DNA of 63,530 nt, filler included, from Chrysochromulina tobinii (GCA_001275005.1; 6 parts of 6 records of this genome joined end to end with filler, not necessarily neighbours in it); one strand, 5' to 3'; positions 44,287 to 56,344 are shown, counted from the first letter of the whole stretch. Numbers and translations: made by a program. The notes: generated by a model not told the origin, from the letters alone.

Positions 44287-45894
44287 TTAGTCGTCCTCTG
44301 CCGGCGGGTCCGCCGCTGGGGCAGGGGCCAGCGCTTTCGCCTCGGGAGCCTGCGCTTTCGCCTCGGCAAGCTCGGATTGGAGCTCTGTGCACCGCTTCTT
44401 GTACTCGTCGAGCTCGCTGGTGGCCGCGTCATACGACTCTAGCATCTCATCCTGTTGAGCAGAGAACTCGCTCTCCTTCTGCGCAAGCGCCGCCTGGTGC
44501 TCGCTTTCCTTGTGAGCCAGCGCCGCCGCCACGGCCGCCGCCACGGCCACTTCGGTCTCTGCCGCGTTCGCGCCCACAACGGAGGTGCTCGACACAGCGC
44601 TCGCCTTGGCAGCTTCCAGCTCGAGCCTGAGGGCGTCGGCCTGCGCCTTCGCTTCCGCCTCCGCCGCCTCCGCCTGCGCTGCGCGTTCGGTGGCCGCGCG
44701 TGCGTCGGCGTACGCTTGCGCCGTCGCGTCAGCCGAGGCGAGCTGCGCAGACTGCATTTGCTCGATGACCGCCTGGCGAGCGGCAGCCTCCGCTTCAGCT
44801 TGGTCTGCGCGCCGGTGGAGCGCCCTCAGCTCTTCTGCCGGCCCATCAGCCGCCTCCACCCTCCCCGCCGCCGCCGCCTCGGCCTCGGCCTTCGCCGCCG
44901 CGACCGCCGCGGCAGCCGACTCAGCCGCCTCCGCCTTGGCCGCCTCGACCGCCACCTCGATGGAAGCGGCCGCCTTGGCCTCGGCCGCCTCGATGGCTGC
45001 GCTCAGCGCGCCCTGTTGGTTGCCGAGGGCCTCCTCGCGCGCTGCGGCCACCGCCGCCGCTGTCGCTTTCGACGCTTCCTCTCTGGCCGCTGCCGCCGAT
45101 TCGAGCTTCTCCACCATCTCGTCGAGCTTCTCCTGATTCTTTTGGGCAAGCATGCGCGCCGCCTCTGCGTCTGAGCGCGCGGCCGACGCGGCCTCCACCG
45201 CTCTCTCAGCCTCGGCGCGTGCCGCAGCGACGGCGGCCGCCGCCTCCGCCGCCGCCGCGCTCGACTCATTGCCCGAAGTGGCAGAGGCGGCGGACGCCTC
45301 CTCCCGCGCCGCCGCGACCGCCGCTGCCAGCGTGCGCTCCGAGTCGTCCTTGAGAGCGGCAAGTGCGGCCGCGTGAGCCGCCTCTGCCTCCGCCCTGGCC
45401 GCTGCGACCGCCTCGGCGAGCGCCGTTGCCGCTTGCGCGGCGGCCGCCGCACGGCCCTCTTCGACGGCGGCTGCGCGCTCTTCCGCGGAGAGGCCAGGCG
45501 CTGGCGCCGCAGTCGCGCCCATAGCGTCCGATCCACTGCTGCGCAGTGCGTCGAGCTCGGCCTCATAGTACTCGTCTGCCTCCTTCCTGGCCGCTGCGAC
45601 CGCCTCGGCGAGCGCCGTTGCCGCTTGCGCGGCGGCCGCCGCACGGCCCTCTTCGACGGCGGCTGCGCGCTCTTCCGCGGAGAGGCCTTTCACTGGTGCC
45701 GCAGTCGCGCCCATAGCGCCCGCTCCGCTGCTGCGCAGTGCGTCGAGCTCGGCTTGGAGGGCTTCCTTTTGCTTCATGAGTTCCTTGGACTCCTTCTTCG
45801 AGTCCATCAGCTTCATCAGATTGCTCTTGGACTTATCCTTCTCCTTGTCGAGCGCCTCCTGTAGCTGCTGGAGCTTGTCGGCATCGGTCGCCAT
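44287..45894 (-). CDS. Ala/Glu-rich coiled-coil protein with an internal duplication of about 60 aa
   Basis: ATG at 45894 (MATDADKLQ); AELDALRSSG..AMGATAAP..GLSAEERAAAVEEGRAAAAAQAATALAEAVAAAR occurs twice. Confidence 0.7.
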   Translation of the reverse strand: MATDADKLQQLQEALDKEKDKSKSNLMKLMDSKKESKELMKQKEALQAELDALRSSGAGAMGATAAPVKGLSAEERAAAVEEGRAAAAAQAATALAEAVAAARKEADEYYEAELDALRSSGSDAMGATAAPAPGLSAEERAAAVEEGRAAAAAQAATALAEAVAAARAEAEAAHAAALAALKDDSERTLAAAVAAAREEASAASATSGNESSAAAAEAAAAVAAARAEAERAVEAASAARSDAEAARMLAQKNQEKLDEMVEKLESAAAAREEASKATAAAVAAAREEALGNQQGALSAAIEAAEAKAAASIEVAVEAAKAEAAESAAAAVAAAKAEAEAAAAGRVEAADGPAEELRALHRRADQAEAEAAARQAVIEQMQSAQLASADATAQAYADARAATERAAQAEAAEAEAKAQADALRLELEAAKASAVSSTSVVGANAAETEVAVAAAVAAALAHKESEHQAALAQKESEFSAQQDEMLESYDAATSELDEYKKRCTELQSELAEAKAQAPEAKALAPAPAADPPAEDD

Positions 45895-46204
45895 CGTGGG
45901 TAGGTAGGAGGAAGCGACTGTGAGTGCCACTGCGGTCCGCGGGGCCGCGTCTTGGCCCGCGCGCGGGGCTTCCGACGCTCGATTCACAGACACACCAAAC
46001 ATCTTGCCTTTAAGAAATGTGTTAACGGTGCTACTTCACCGGTACCCAGTGCCGCCGTCCCCCCGTTGTCGGGCGCGGTCGCGCGCGCGTTACGCGCGCT
46101 GCGCTAGTATGGATGCGCGTCGGCGTTCGCAACGAAAGAGGAGCCATCGACCGCCGCCGTGGGACGGGTGCCGCCCTCGCCGCGCTCGCACGGTAGCTTG
46201 ACCC

Positions 46205-46963
46205 ATGACGAGGAATTGCAGCGCCATCGTCTCCTCGCCCGTCGATGCCGCACCCATGCGCTCGCCCCAAGCCGTGCACACGGCTCTGCTCAAGCATTTT
46301 GCCGGCCGCGAACTGATCGAGATTGGCACACGCAACGGGGATGGCATGGCGTGCTTCTGCCAGCACACGCTGAAGGCCACAGCGATTGAACTCGCAACGA
46401 ATTACTGCACCGTGCTTCGTCAGCGATCGGAGGCGCTCAAACAGGCGGGCGGTCGCGGCTTCGAAGTGCTGTGCTCCGACTATCGCAAGGTGCCGAACCT
46501 CGACGCCGACATCTTCACATGGTGGCAGGAGCCGCCGCACCTGCTCAACGGCGCTGCGCTTCAGTCATTGCGTGGCTTTATGCTCAATAAACAGATCCGA
46601 CCTACCGCGGTCGCTGCCATGGTTTTCGATCCCAAGTTTCGATACGACTTGAGCGACTACCGAACGTACCGCCAGTATGCCGTCGGAGAGGGCGCTTGGG
46701 CCGAGGCCGTGGAGGTGGACGAGGCGGCTCTGTGCTGTGCAAAGAGGAAGCGAAAGGATCCCGGTTTGTGCGGATGCGACGGCCCAAATCCTGGTATAGG
46801 ATGCGGTGGCCTGTGCGGGCGTGCCCGTGGCACCTTCTACACGCTCGGCGTGCCGCTGATGGCGCTCGTTAATCACAGCTTCAACATCGATACTCAAAAA
46901 TGGCGATTGGGGCCACAGCGTGCCAAAATTTCAGATGCCTCGTCTCGTCTTCGGCGACGGTGA
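46205..46963 (+). CDS. Hypothetical protein, class I SAM-methyltransferase-like fold
   Basis: LIEIGTRNGDG (motif I-like), TAIE and VLCSDY; Cys-rich insert near the C-terminus. Confidence 0.55.
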   Translation: MTRNCSAIVSSPVDAAPMRSPQAVHTALLKHFAGRELIEIGTRNGDGMACFCQHTLKATAIELATNYCTVLRQRSEALKQAGGRGFEVLCSDYRKVPNLDADIFTWWQEPPHLLNGAALQSLRGFMLNKQIRPTAVAAMVFDPKFRYDLSDYRTYRQYAVGEGAWAEAVEVDEAALCCAKRKRKDPGLCGCDGPNPGIGCGGLCGRARGTFYTLGVPLMALVNHSFNIDTQKWRLGPQRAKISDASSRLRRR

Positions 46964-47336
46964 TGACGTGCAGGTCGTCGCGCGATTTGAGCGCGCGCGC
47001 TTGTGTGGCTGACGTAGTCGGGACCGCCTAGCGCGTGACGCCTGCCGTGCATGGACGCCTTGCTGCCGACGCAGCTGTATGGCGATGCCGAGGGCTACCA
47101 TGCACATGGCCCATGATCCTTGATGACGGAAATACAGCCGCAGATCAATTGAGCATCGTGCGGCACCAAACGTGTGTCGTGCAGTACTGTCTACTGATCC
47201 AGAGTGCCCCGAGAGACCGGACAGCACCGTACACTGCTCTACACACCGATCACCGTCCGACGGCTGTGAGCTCAGAGCTGACAACCCAGAGCTGTTCCCA
47301 GTACCGCACGGGTAACGGTACGGCGTTCCGTTTTGT

Positions 47337-49607
47337 TCACCACTCAGTCTCCTTGTAGTCCTTGAGAAAGACGCCGAAGAGTGGCGCCCCGGTCAGCACG
47401 CCATCGAACACGGGATGAAGCACGCGCGCGGCGGCATCCACTTCGTCAATGGGTGTCTGGAAGTGGTGGCTCTCCGCCGTGCGCGCTGCGCGCTCGCGCG
47501 GGTTCTCGTCGTTGATCCATCCCGTGTCCACAGCGGTCATGAAGATGCGATGGCTCGCCGCGAGGTCGGGTGCGCTCGTGCGCGTCATCATGTTGAGCGC
47601 CGCCTTGGCCATGTTCGTGTGAGGGTGGTTAGGCGTCTTATACCTGTAGAACTTACCCTCCATGGCGGACACGTTGACGACAAAGGCCGCGCCAGCCTCC
47701 GACGTCGATTCTGGAGGCGGCGTGCGTGCGGCAGCCTCCAAGAGCGGCTGCAGCCGCGCGTTGATCACAAAGGGAGCGAGCGTGTTGATGGCGAGCACTT
47801 CAGCGAGCTCGGGGGTCGACACGTCCGCGAGCTTCAGAACCCATGAGTTGGTCGAGCGAAGGTCAATCTGCTGCCCGTTGACATCCAAACACGCCACGGC
47901 CGAGGCGGTTGGGGCGGGGGCGGCCAGAGCGCCGCCGCCGTGGTCCCCGACGCCGTCGCCCGTCACAGTCTGCTCCGTGGCCATCGTGTCGGGCGCGAGG
48001 ATGGCGATGAGCGGCCTGGCGTCCTCTGCGGTGAGGACCAACTGGGAGAGCCTCGCAGGCGACGGAGGGAGACGACGCGCATCGAGGCGGGCTGCGCCCG
48101 AGAGCGCCGTCGCGCCGCCGCCGACGCCCTGGTGGCCGATGACCTCAGGGCGGTGAGCAGCTTCGCACGCGGCCCTGATGCGCGCATCATGCTGTGCGAG
48201 CAGAGGCAGGAGCACCGCACCCTCGGCGTCGCCGCCAGCGTCGCCGTCGCCGCTTCCATCAGCGCCGCCCCGCGTGGCATCGTCACCGCCGCAGCTGCTG
48301 CCGCCGTCCTCACCGCCGCTCTCGCTTTTGCGGGCAGCCGAGATGCTCGGCACGGCGCTCCTCGAGAGCTGCAGCAGCTGCTCCTCTAGCGCCGTCTCGG
48401 CGGGCAGCAGGTGGGCATAGTAGCTTGCGGGCCGACGGACGGTCTGACACGCATTGTTCACGACGATGTCGAGCCGAGGCAGCGTGGCTGTGAGGAAGGC
48501 ACAAAAGTGCTCGAGTGCCCCAAGATCACGCAGGTCGAGTGCATGCAAGTGTAGCCGATGCTTCCACACTCCAAAGTCGGGTGTCGCCGCGTACCGCCGC
48601 GCCGTATCGGCGGGGAAGCGGCTCGTCGCGATCAGGGTGGCCCCAGCGCGCAGTAGCTTGAGCCCAATCTCAAAGCCAATCTTGACGCGCGCGCCCGTGA
48701 GCAGCGCCACACGCCCCGTCAAGTCGGCCGTCGCGTGGCGCATTCGGTAGTTGAGGGCAGCGCACGGCGGGCACAGCTGCGCATAAAAGTGATGAAGCCG
48801 GCTGAAGCGCGCCTTGCATGCATAGCACTGGCGAGACGTGAAGAGTTCGGGCGTGGCCGGCGGCGACGGCTCGGTGAGTGCATCTCCTGCACTGCTGCTG
48901 GTGCCGCCGCCGCCGCCGCTGTTGCTCATGGGGAGCGTGCTAGCGGTGATGCTGCCGCTGCTGACGGCGCAGCTGCTGGCGGCCGTGAGTGGGGCCAGGT
49001 CGGAGGGCTCATACACGGCGCCGTCCGGTACTTGGCACAAGTAACGGATTGCCCCACTTCCCTCAGGACCGCCGGCGCCGCCGGTCGCCGGCGTGGAGCC
49101 GTCGGCCATCTCGATCAGGCGCGCGTCGCCGCGTCCTCCGCCACCTGCCTCACAGAGCTGCCGGAGGCGCTCGATGCGCCCGCTGCGCAGCTGAGTCGTG
49201 TCGCGATGCCGCTTATCCAGCTCCGCCTGGCGTGCTCGCCTGCCCTCCTCCTCCTTGCGGAGTTGGCGCGCTCTTCCATACTCGAGCACCTTGGCATCCC
49301 GCCGCTGGAGCAGTTGGTGGACTGGGATCAGGGCGCACCGGAGCGGGCGCAGCCGCGCGCTGTCAAAGTCGGCGTACTTGCTGGCATGCAAGGCCCTCAG
49401 GGTGGTCACGCAGCCGGCGAGCGCCTCGTCGCTGATGGCGGACGCGCTTGAGACGGCGCTTGGGACGGCGCTTGAGACGGCGCTGGTGGTGGAGGCGCTA
49501 GTGGCTGTGTCGGTGGTTGCTTCACTGATGGGGGCAAGCCAAGCCTTGGCGTTGGTGCTGCTGCTGACGGGCGCGAAGGTGGGCTCGGCAGATGCGGGCG
49601 TGGGCGT

Positions 49608-49656
<49 letters not shown>

Positions 49657-49685
49657 GGCGCAGGCGCGGGCGCGGGCACGTCTGC
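47337..49685 (-). CDS. Short-chain dehydrogenase/reductase with N-terminal CxxC...CxxC finger (probably the 3' part of the upstream ARM gene)
   Basis: CYACKARF...FYAQLCPPC, DLTGRVALLTGARVKIG, LDIVVNNA, VVNVSAMEGKF, HPHTNMAKAALNMMTRTSA and VDTGWI. Confidence 0.88.
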
Positions 49686-50485
49686 CTATGGCGCGTAGGA
49701 TGACCCACACAAGGCCTTTGCAGCTGGTGCATCGTCGCGGCAGCCGCTCGCATCTGGGCCCGCGTCAGCATGAGGAGGAGGAGGGCCGACGAGCGCCGTC
49801 TTGAGCGGAGCGCCGTCTTGAGCGTCAGCATGAGGAGGAGGAGGCGGAGGGCCGATGAGCGCCGTCTTGAGCGGAGCGCCGTCTTGAGCGTCCGCATGAG
49901 GAGGAGGAGGCGGAGGGCCGACGAGCGCCGTCTTGAGCGGAGCGCCGTCTTGAGCGTCCGCATGAGGAGGAGGAGGCGGAGGGCCGATGAGCGCCGTCTT
50001 GAGCGGAGCGCCGTCTTGAGCGTCAGCATGAGGAGGAGGAGGCGGAGGGCCGACGAGCGCCGTCTTGAGCGGAGCGCCGTCGGTTCGGCGGCCGTCCTTC
50101 TGTGGTTCCTCGGCGTCTTCGAGCGCCTGCATGGCCGAATGCACGCTACTCAAGCAGGCGGCGACCTCCGCAGCCACCGCACCCCGCCGCTGCGCCTCGC
50201 GCCCCGCCTCCGAGCTGAAGATCTCCGCCAGTCCGCTCCGATCCAGCTGCTCGGCGATGGGCCTAGCGCCGTGTTGAGCACCGCCACGACCTGCCGCCTC
50301 GAGTAAGTGGCGAGTCGCGGCAGCAAGTAGCCACACGCACGAGCTGAGCAGCGCACGCCAACTCGACGGGCGGCCGAGCTGCGTGCTGCACTCCGCGTTG
50401 CTAGAGGACCTGTCAGCTGGTGCACTCACGCCATCCGAGCCCGTGCCCTGCACCACCTCGCCGCCGCTGCCACCGCCGCCACCAC

Positions 50486-50532
<47 letters not shown>

Positions 50533-51605
50533 TCATCATTCGGAAGCATCAGAGACCCTTCACAGCCATGCGACCCTTCACAGCGATGCGACCCAGTGGA
50601 TAGCCTCAGCAGCTCCTGTATCGCCACAAGCGCCGCCACGTGCGCGCCACACTCCACCGCTCGGTCCGCGACGCTGCCATCCGCTTCCAGGAGAATGAAA
50701 CTGAGGAGCATGGTCGCGGCCTCGATAGCAGCCGGATCGCGCGTGTGGCGACGCAGTACGTCCGCAGATTGCTCGAGGGCCCCGTGCGCGACGGCGGCCG
50801 CACGGTTCGGGCCGTGCTGCTTGAGCACAAACGCGAGCGCCTTGCATCCCGCCTCCTGAGCTCGCGCTGAGCTCGCATGAGCACGCAGCCCGGCAACGAG
50901 TGCCTCGACGCCCGCCGCTTGGCCGATGGCGTGCTGCATCGGGCCTGAGCGCACTGCAAGGTTGCGCAGCGCGTGCGTCGCCCACCGGAAGAGCCCCGAG
51001 GCCCCCGTGGCCGCTTGCTGCGTCAGTCTCACCAGCAGTTGGGCACCGCCCACTCCGATGGCTTCCTTAATCGGCTCGACATCCCACCCGTATGCCAGGT
51101 TGCCGAGCGCCCGGCACGCCTGCAAGCACAGTTCAGCGACGAGCACAGGGGCAACGCATGGGCATGTTGGCCCAACCAGCTGCTCGACGCATGCCAGAAG
51201 CGCCGACACGCCACCGTGAGCGAGGCACCGCTCCTTGTTGGCTCCGGCAGCCGCCACCATGTCGGCAAGAGCAGCAGCGCCGTCCGCAGCCATGCGCAGC
51301 CTCGCCCTGAGTGAGGCGGCGCTTTCGTTGCCTTCCAGTGTCTGGGTGCCCTCTGAGAGCGCAGCAATGGCCAAGCACACGCCGTGACTACCAAACGCCA
51401 CCGAGGCGGCGTGGTCCTTTTCCAGCCGTGCCGCCTCCGAGCGAAGCAGCCTCAGCACGTGCGCTCGAACCGCCTGCTGAGGCATCCAGGCTGCGGCGAG
51501 GAGGGCGGATACGTCCGAAGGTGAAAGTGCACCGCCGTCGACGCGCACGCACTTTGTGATTGCGGCCGTGCAGTCGTGTGGATTCGGCTTCGTGAACGAC
51601 GACAT
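49686..51605 (-). CDS. Armadillo-repeat protein (in frame with the downstream SDR, separated by one TAG)
   Basis: ACRALGNLA, ATHALRNLA, AGVEALVAGLRAH...AQEAGCKAL and GALEQSADVLRRH. Confidence 0.75.
49762..50081 (-). repeat. 66-nt tandem repeat, about 4.5 copies (DGAPLKTALxGPPPPPPHADAQ)
   Basis: Directly visible tandem array. Confidence 0.93.
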
Positions 51606-51639
51606 CGTTCGTGATCACGTGTGATGACCCACCCGCAAT

Positions 51640-51916
51640 CAAGACTCGGTCGCGCATGCAAACGGTGGGCCAGGGGGAAGGGGGGGGAAGCGGGAAACGT
51701 CGGAAGTACCGGGTTCTGAAGCTCAAACAGGAGTGGACGACCTCCGTGCTGGTGGGGGGTGGGGAGCTGCAGAGGTGCACCTTCAAAGCTGTGGCTCTCT
51801 TGCCGCCAGAGGGCACTCGGGGGGTGACGGGGGGTTTCCTATACAAATTGGGGGGGGGGTCCTATACAATACGTATCCTGATGTATCCTGCATGTATCCT
51901 GCATGTATCTTGCATG
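51640..51916. repeat. Probable end of an interspersed repeat with (GCATGTATCCT)n 11-mers at contig end
   Basis: G-runs, CCTATACAA x2 and tandem ATGTATCCTGC units running into the gap. Confidence 0.45.
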
Positions 51917-52016
51917 NNNNNNNNNNNNNNNNNNNNNNNNNNNNNNNNNNNNNNNNNNNNTTAATTAATTAANNNNNNNNNNNNNNNNNNNNNNNNNNNN
52001 NNNNNNNNNNNNNNNN
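51917..52016. other. Artificial contig spacer
   Basis: N44-TTAATTAATTAA-N44. Confidence 0.99.
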
Positions 52017-52291
52017 ATGCACAAAGCATCAACAGCGCGCCTGTCGAAGAGCTAGCCATGATTGACTGCCTGAAAGTGTGACTGCCGAGATCGTCAAGAG
52101 CGGACGTCCGTCGCCGTGCGGAAATCGTGTGTCGCTTTTCGAGCGACAAGTTTGACGCGTCGTTATGGTTATTTGTAGAGGGTAGGTAAGTGGGCGGCGA
52201 GCGCCTGTGCGCGCGCATAACTGTAGGAATTCGGTCGTTCACGCGTGGTTCACAGCCGGTGGCCAACGTGCGCGGAAAAGAAGCGGTCAGC

Positions 52292-53494
52292 ATGGAGGCC
52301 TTCGCAGTCGACGTTCACTTCCAAGGCATCGTTCGCGAGGTGAAGCTCGATGCGTCCACGAAGCTCGACGAGGCCTTCGTTGGCGTGCTGCACGCGAAGG
52401 TCATCGAGCAGCTCCCAGAAGGTGACGCGCGGCGCGCTGCATCGCTTGAGCTCCAGGTGAGCATTGGCAACGATGAGTTCCTCGCCTTTGGTGAGGTGCT
52501 CAAGCAGCTGCCCGACGATGCACGCGTGCTCAGCAGCCTCGCTCCCGAGGCCTCGGAAGCGGATACTGCCGTTCCGAAACCGTTCATGAAGCTGGTGGAG
52601 GTGGAGGCTTCAGCTGAGATCATGCTCGTGAACGGTGCTGGCGAACGCAAAGGCGTGCTCAAGCTGCCGGAGGAGACTACCGTGCCCCTCCTGCGCAAGG
52701 AGCTGGGCGCACACTTCCAAAGCAGCACGGGGCTCTCGAATGTGAAGCTTCAGTACACAGCCAAGAAGCCAGGTCTCTGGCTAGACCTCAAGGAGCCCAA
52801 GCCCGACGCGACCATCCTGTCCGCGGTTGAGGGTGCTATCAAGGGTCTCTTCCCACTCATCAAGCCATCGGTGCCAACCTCAATCTCATCATTGCGCATC
52901 ATTGTCCCAGATGACTGTGCACCCATCATGCCTGCTGAGGCCCAGGATGAAGCTGAGCCCAAAGGGCAGGCCCCCCAAGCAGCCCAGGCAGCCCAGGCAG
53001 CCCAGGACCTGGCAAAGGTGCTCAAGGCGTTCAAGAAGTCGGGCAAGGAAGTGTGTCTCGAGATGATGCACGGCAATGATGAGAGTGAGTGCTTCATCGA
53101 GACTCTGGGCGACGGCAAGTACGTCTGCTCCATCTGCTGTGACGCCATGGGCAAGCTTATCGTCAACCCGGGCAAACTGGGAGAGGGGATGTCGGGCCTC
53201 GCGCGCCACCTCCTTACTAAAGGTCATGTGCAAGCTCGGCATGCTCGCATGAATGGTGGCCAGGGGCTGTCCAAGGTTGATGCGGAGATGCTCATGGCAG
53301 GGGCCAGCTCGACTCTTACGTTCAAACGCTATCAAAACACCTCCAGGGCGACAGCGGCAAAGGTGGCACGCATCGCTGGCGCGGTAGCCAAGGGTACCAT
53401 GGGATTCACGCCTCCCCCCATGCCTCCCATCAATGGCTCCCCCATGCCAGCTCCCTCTCCCTTCGGCCACGAAATGGCGGGGGCATTCGAATAG
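52292..53494 (+). CDS. Hypothetical protein with a single BED/U1-like zinc finger, possibly a transposon accessory gene
   Basis: YVCSICC...LARHLLTKGH; intronless; followed immediately by a subterminal-like repeat array. Confidence 0.6.
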   Translation: MEAFAVDVHFQGIVREVKLDASTKLDEAFVGVLHAKVIEQLPEGDARRAASLELQVSIGNDEFLAFGEVLKQLPDDARVLSSLAPEASEADTAVPKPFMKLVEVEASAEIMLVNGAGERKGVLKLPEETTVPLLRKELGAHFQSSTGLSNVKLQYTAKKPGLWLDLKEPKPDATILSAVEGAIKGLFPLIKPSVPTSISSLRIIVPDDCAPIMPAEAQDEAEPKGQAPQAAQAAQAAQDLAKVLKAFKKSGKEVCLEMMHGNDESECFIETLGDGKYVCSICCDAMGKLIVNPGKLGEGMSGLARHLLTKGHVQARHARMNGGQGLSKVDAEMLMAGASSTLTFKRYQNTSRATAAKVARIAGAVAKGTMGFTPPPMPPINGSPMPAPSPFGHEMAGAFE

Positions 53495-53528
53495 GCTGGT
53501 CCGTATCTTAATCCGTATCGGCTCGGCT

Positions 53529-53716
53529 CTGTCGAGCTCTGTCGAGCTGTCGAGCTGTCGAGCTGTCGAGCTTGACACTTGACGCAGCCGTCGCATGGAG
53601 TCAGGGGGGTTCTGTCGAGGTCTGTCGAGGTCTGTCGAGTAGCTGTCAAGCTATCCTGTCGAGTAGCTGTCGAGTTTCCTGTCGAGTTCTGTCGAGTTGT
53701 CGAGGCCAGGGCTCAA
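53529..53716. repeat. (CTGTCGAG)n array in two blocks, ending in CCAGGGCTCAA
   Basis: About a dozen TGTCGAG copies with 8-10-nt spacing. Confidence 0.85.
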
Positions 53717-53923
53717 GAACGCACGTACGAACACATGACACATCTCACGTGGAACTCTAGAGAAGAAAGCGGTGAGCGCCCCCGGCGCCAATCGCCAATG
53801 CGCGCAGCTACGCCGGCCTCGCGGGACGGTCCGACGGAGCCGTGCAGCGACAAGCAGGTGCGGCGCCCCTGACGGAGCCGGTGGGCATCATGGTGGGCGT
53901 GCCAGCACGGAGACTAGATGCGA

Positions 53924-55252
53924 TCACCGGTCGATCTCGCCGAAGACGACGTCGAGGGTGCCGATGATGGTGACGACGTCGGCGAGCATGTGGCCCTTGG
54001 ACATCTTCTCGAGGCCAGCCAGGTGTGCGAAGCCCGGTGGACGGATGTGGCAACGGTATGGCCGGTTGGTGCCGTCGGAGACCATGTAGATGCCAAACTC
54101 GCCCTTGGGAGCCTCGACCGCCGTGTATGTCTCGCCAGGAGCGGGAGAGTAGCCCTCAGTGAAGAGCTTGAAATGGTGGATCAACGATTCCATGTCTTCC
54201 TTCATCTCCTCCCGGGCGGGCGGGGTGACCTTCTTGTCATCGACGCGCACCGGGCCGGGCTCGAGCTTGTTCAGGCACTGCACGATGATGTGCACGCTCT
54301 GCCGCATCTCCTCCAGCCGCATCAGGTAGCGGTCGTAGCAGTCGCCCTTGGTGCCCACAGGCACATCGAACTCAAGCTCCGGGTAGATTTCGTACGGCTG
54401 CGCGCGCCGAAGGTCCCAAGCCACGCCAGAGCCGCGGAGCATGACGCCGCTGAAGCCCCAGTCGAGCGCGTCCGCCGCCGAGATCACGCCCACGTCCACC
54501 AGCCGCTGCTTCCAGATACGGTTGCCCGTGAGCAGCTCCTCGATCTCATCGAGCCGGCCCGGGAACTGCTCGCAGAAGGTGTAGATGTCCTCGCACAGGC
54601 CGAGGGGCAGGTCAGCGGTGACGCCGCCCGGCCGGATGTACGCCGCGTGCATGCGCGCGCCCGACACGCGCTCGTAAAACTCCATCAGCTTCTCGCGCTC
54701 CTCAAAGCCGATGAAGAAGGGCGTCGTCGCGCCAACGTCGAGGCCCTGCCAGCACACGTTGCCGATGTGGTTGAGGATGCGCGTGATCTCGAGGAACATG
54801 ACGCGGATGACGGACGCACGGCGCGGCACGTCGATGTTCAGCAGCTTCTCCACCGCAAGTGAGTAGCCGTGCTCCGACGCCATCATCGAAACGTAGTCCA
54901 GCCGGTCCATGTACGGGAGCGCCTGCTGGTAGTTCTTGTACTCGATGAGCTTCTCGGTGCCGCGATGCAGCAGGCCGATGTGCGGATCGGCGCGGATCAC
55001 CGTCTCGCCGTTGAGCTCGAGCACCTGCCGCAGCACGCCATGCGCCGCCGGGTGCTGAGGCCCAAAGTTGAGCGTGAAGTTCTTGATCTCAAAGTCCTCG
55101 TCGGAGACGAGCTCGCGCTGCATCGACGCGGCCTTCTTGGACTTCTTCATGAGCGCCAGCGTCTCTGACACCATGCCGCGCGCCACATGCGGCTGTGCGC
55201 GCGCCAGGCGGCGCGCCGCAGGCCCAGCTGAGCGGAGCAAGACCGCAGCCAT
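53924..55252 (-). CDS. NDUFS2: Mitochondrial complex I 49-kDa subunit (nuclear-encoded Nad7), intronless
   Basis: [40 protein letters not shown] and EAPKGEFG...[22 protein letters not shown]; Arg/Ala-rich presequence. Confidence 0.97.
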   Translation of the reverse strand: MAAVLLRSAGPAARRLARAQPHVARGMVSETLALMKKSKKAASMQRELVSDEDFEIKNFTLNFGPQHPAAHGVLRQVLELNGETVIRADPHIGLLHRGTEKLIEYKNYQQALPYMDRLDYVSMMASEHGYSLAVEKLLNIDVPRRASVIRVMFLEITRILNHIGNVCWQGLDVGATTPFFIGFEEREKLMEFYERVSGARMHAAYIRPGGVTADLPLGLCEDIYTFCEQFPGRLDEIEELLTGNRIWKQRLVDVGVISAADALDWGFSGVMLRGSGVAWDLRRAQPYEIYPELEFDVPVGTKGDCYDRYLMRLEEMRQSVHIIVQCLNKLEPGPVRVDDKKVTPPAREEMKEDMESLIHHFKLFTEGYSPAPGETYTAVEAPKGEFGIYMVSDGTNRPYRCHIRPPGFAHLAGLEKMSKGHMLADVVTIIGTLDVVFGEIDR

Positions 55253-55325
55253 TTCCTCTGATCAGCACGGCGATCTTCTTTTCGCTGTGAATGCGGCGAC
55301 CAGCCCCAAACCACTCGCCTTCTGC

Positions 55326-55360
55326 CAAGTCAAGTCAAGTCAAGTCAAGTCAAGTCAAGT
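55326..55360. repeat. (CAAGT)n pentanucleotide microsatellite upstream of NDUFS2
   Basis: About 7 tandem copies. Confidence 0.9.
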
Positions 55361-56242
55361 GATTCAAAATGGCGGTCGCCTTTCCGCCGCCTTTGGTGCC
55401 CATCGCTGGCGCGAGCGATCGGGAGGGCAGATCTCGGCGCAACCGGCACCACTGGATAGCCCCGAGTCGGGGCATCATCCCCATCTTCTTGATCTTGATC
55501 ATCGCGGCGCAGCGCGGCTTCAACATCGTGCCTTTTCAGGAAGTCTACAGTACGGCAATGCAACACGGCTCCAAGACGACGACGGGAGCGATCGGGGGCC
55601 TGCGCGAGGGCTGCTACGATGGGCCGAGGTGTCGGTAGGATCTGGCGACCGCCGGCGCCGCGCGTCGCGCGCGCGCCGGTCCTTCTCCGACGAGTTTTTG
55701 GCGTTTTGGGCTTGACAAGGGCACGTCAATCGATTTTGGCCAGGCAACAAGGGCGGCTGGCGCGGGAGCGGCAAGAGTGGTCGAGGGCGTTTCCGCGGTG
55801 CGCGCCACACACCCGCTCTCCATTCTCACACATGCGCGCGCGCTCGCGACACGCACAGGTGTGGCGTCGACTGCGGCGCGAGAGGCATGAGCAAGGAAGC
55901 CAAGGCTGAGCGACGCAAGCCGAATAAGTACGGCGGCAAGGCGACGTGAACTACCGAGGGACTGACAGCGCTTGCGCGGTCGGATTGATCTCAGCGTGCC
56001 CACTCAATGGCTTCATTGGCAGCGGCCGACGACTTGTTACTACCGGGGGACTAGTCGCGCTTGCGCGGCCGGATTGATCCCAGCGAGTTCCTTACGAGCG
56101 CGATGCGGCGCCGATCGGTCTCGAGCTCTTCGGTCGAGGCGCCTATGTCCCCCTTCTTTCTCTCCCCCAATCCCCCATCTTATGCTTGACGCCACGGTCG
56201 ATCTCGAGCCGATTTCCTCTTCGGCGTAAGAGTGGCGCTCAT

Positions 56243-56342
56243 NNNNNNNNNNNNNNNNNNNNNNNNNNNNNNNNNNNNNNNNNNNNTTAATTAATTAANN
56301 NNNNNNNNNNNNNNNNNNNNNNNNNNNNNNNNNNNNNNNNNN
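56243..56342. other. Artificial contig spacer
   Basis: N44-TTAATTAATTAA-N44. Confidence 0.99.
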
Positions 56343-56344
56343 CG

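Noticed and set aside
55369..56242. Short ORFs and a 27-nt duplicate upstream of NDUFS2
   Set aside because: No recognisable motifs and no consistent reading frame.
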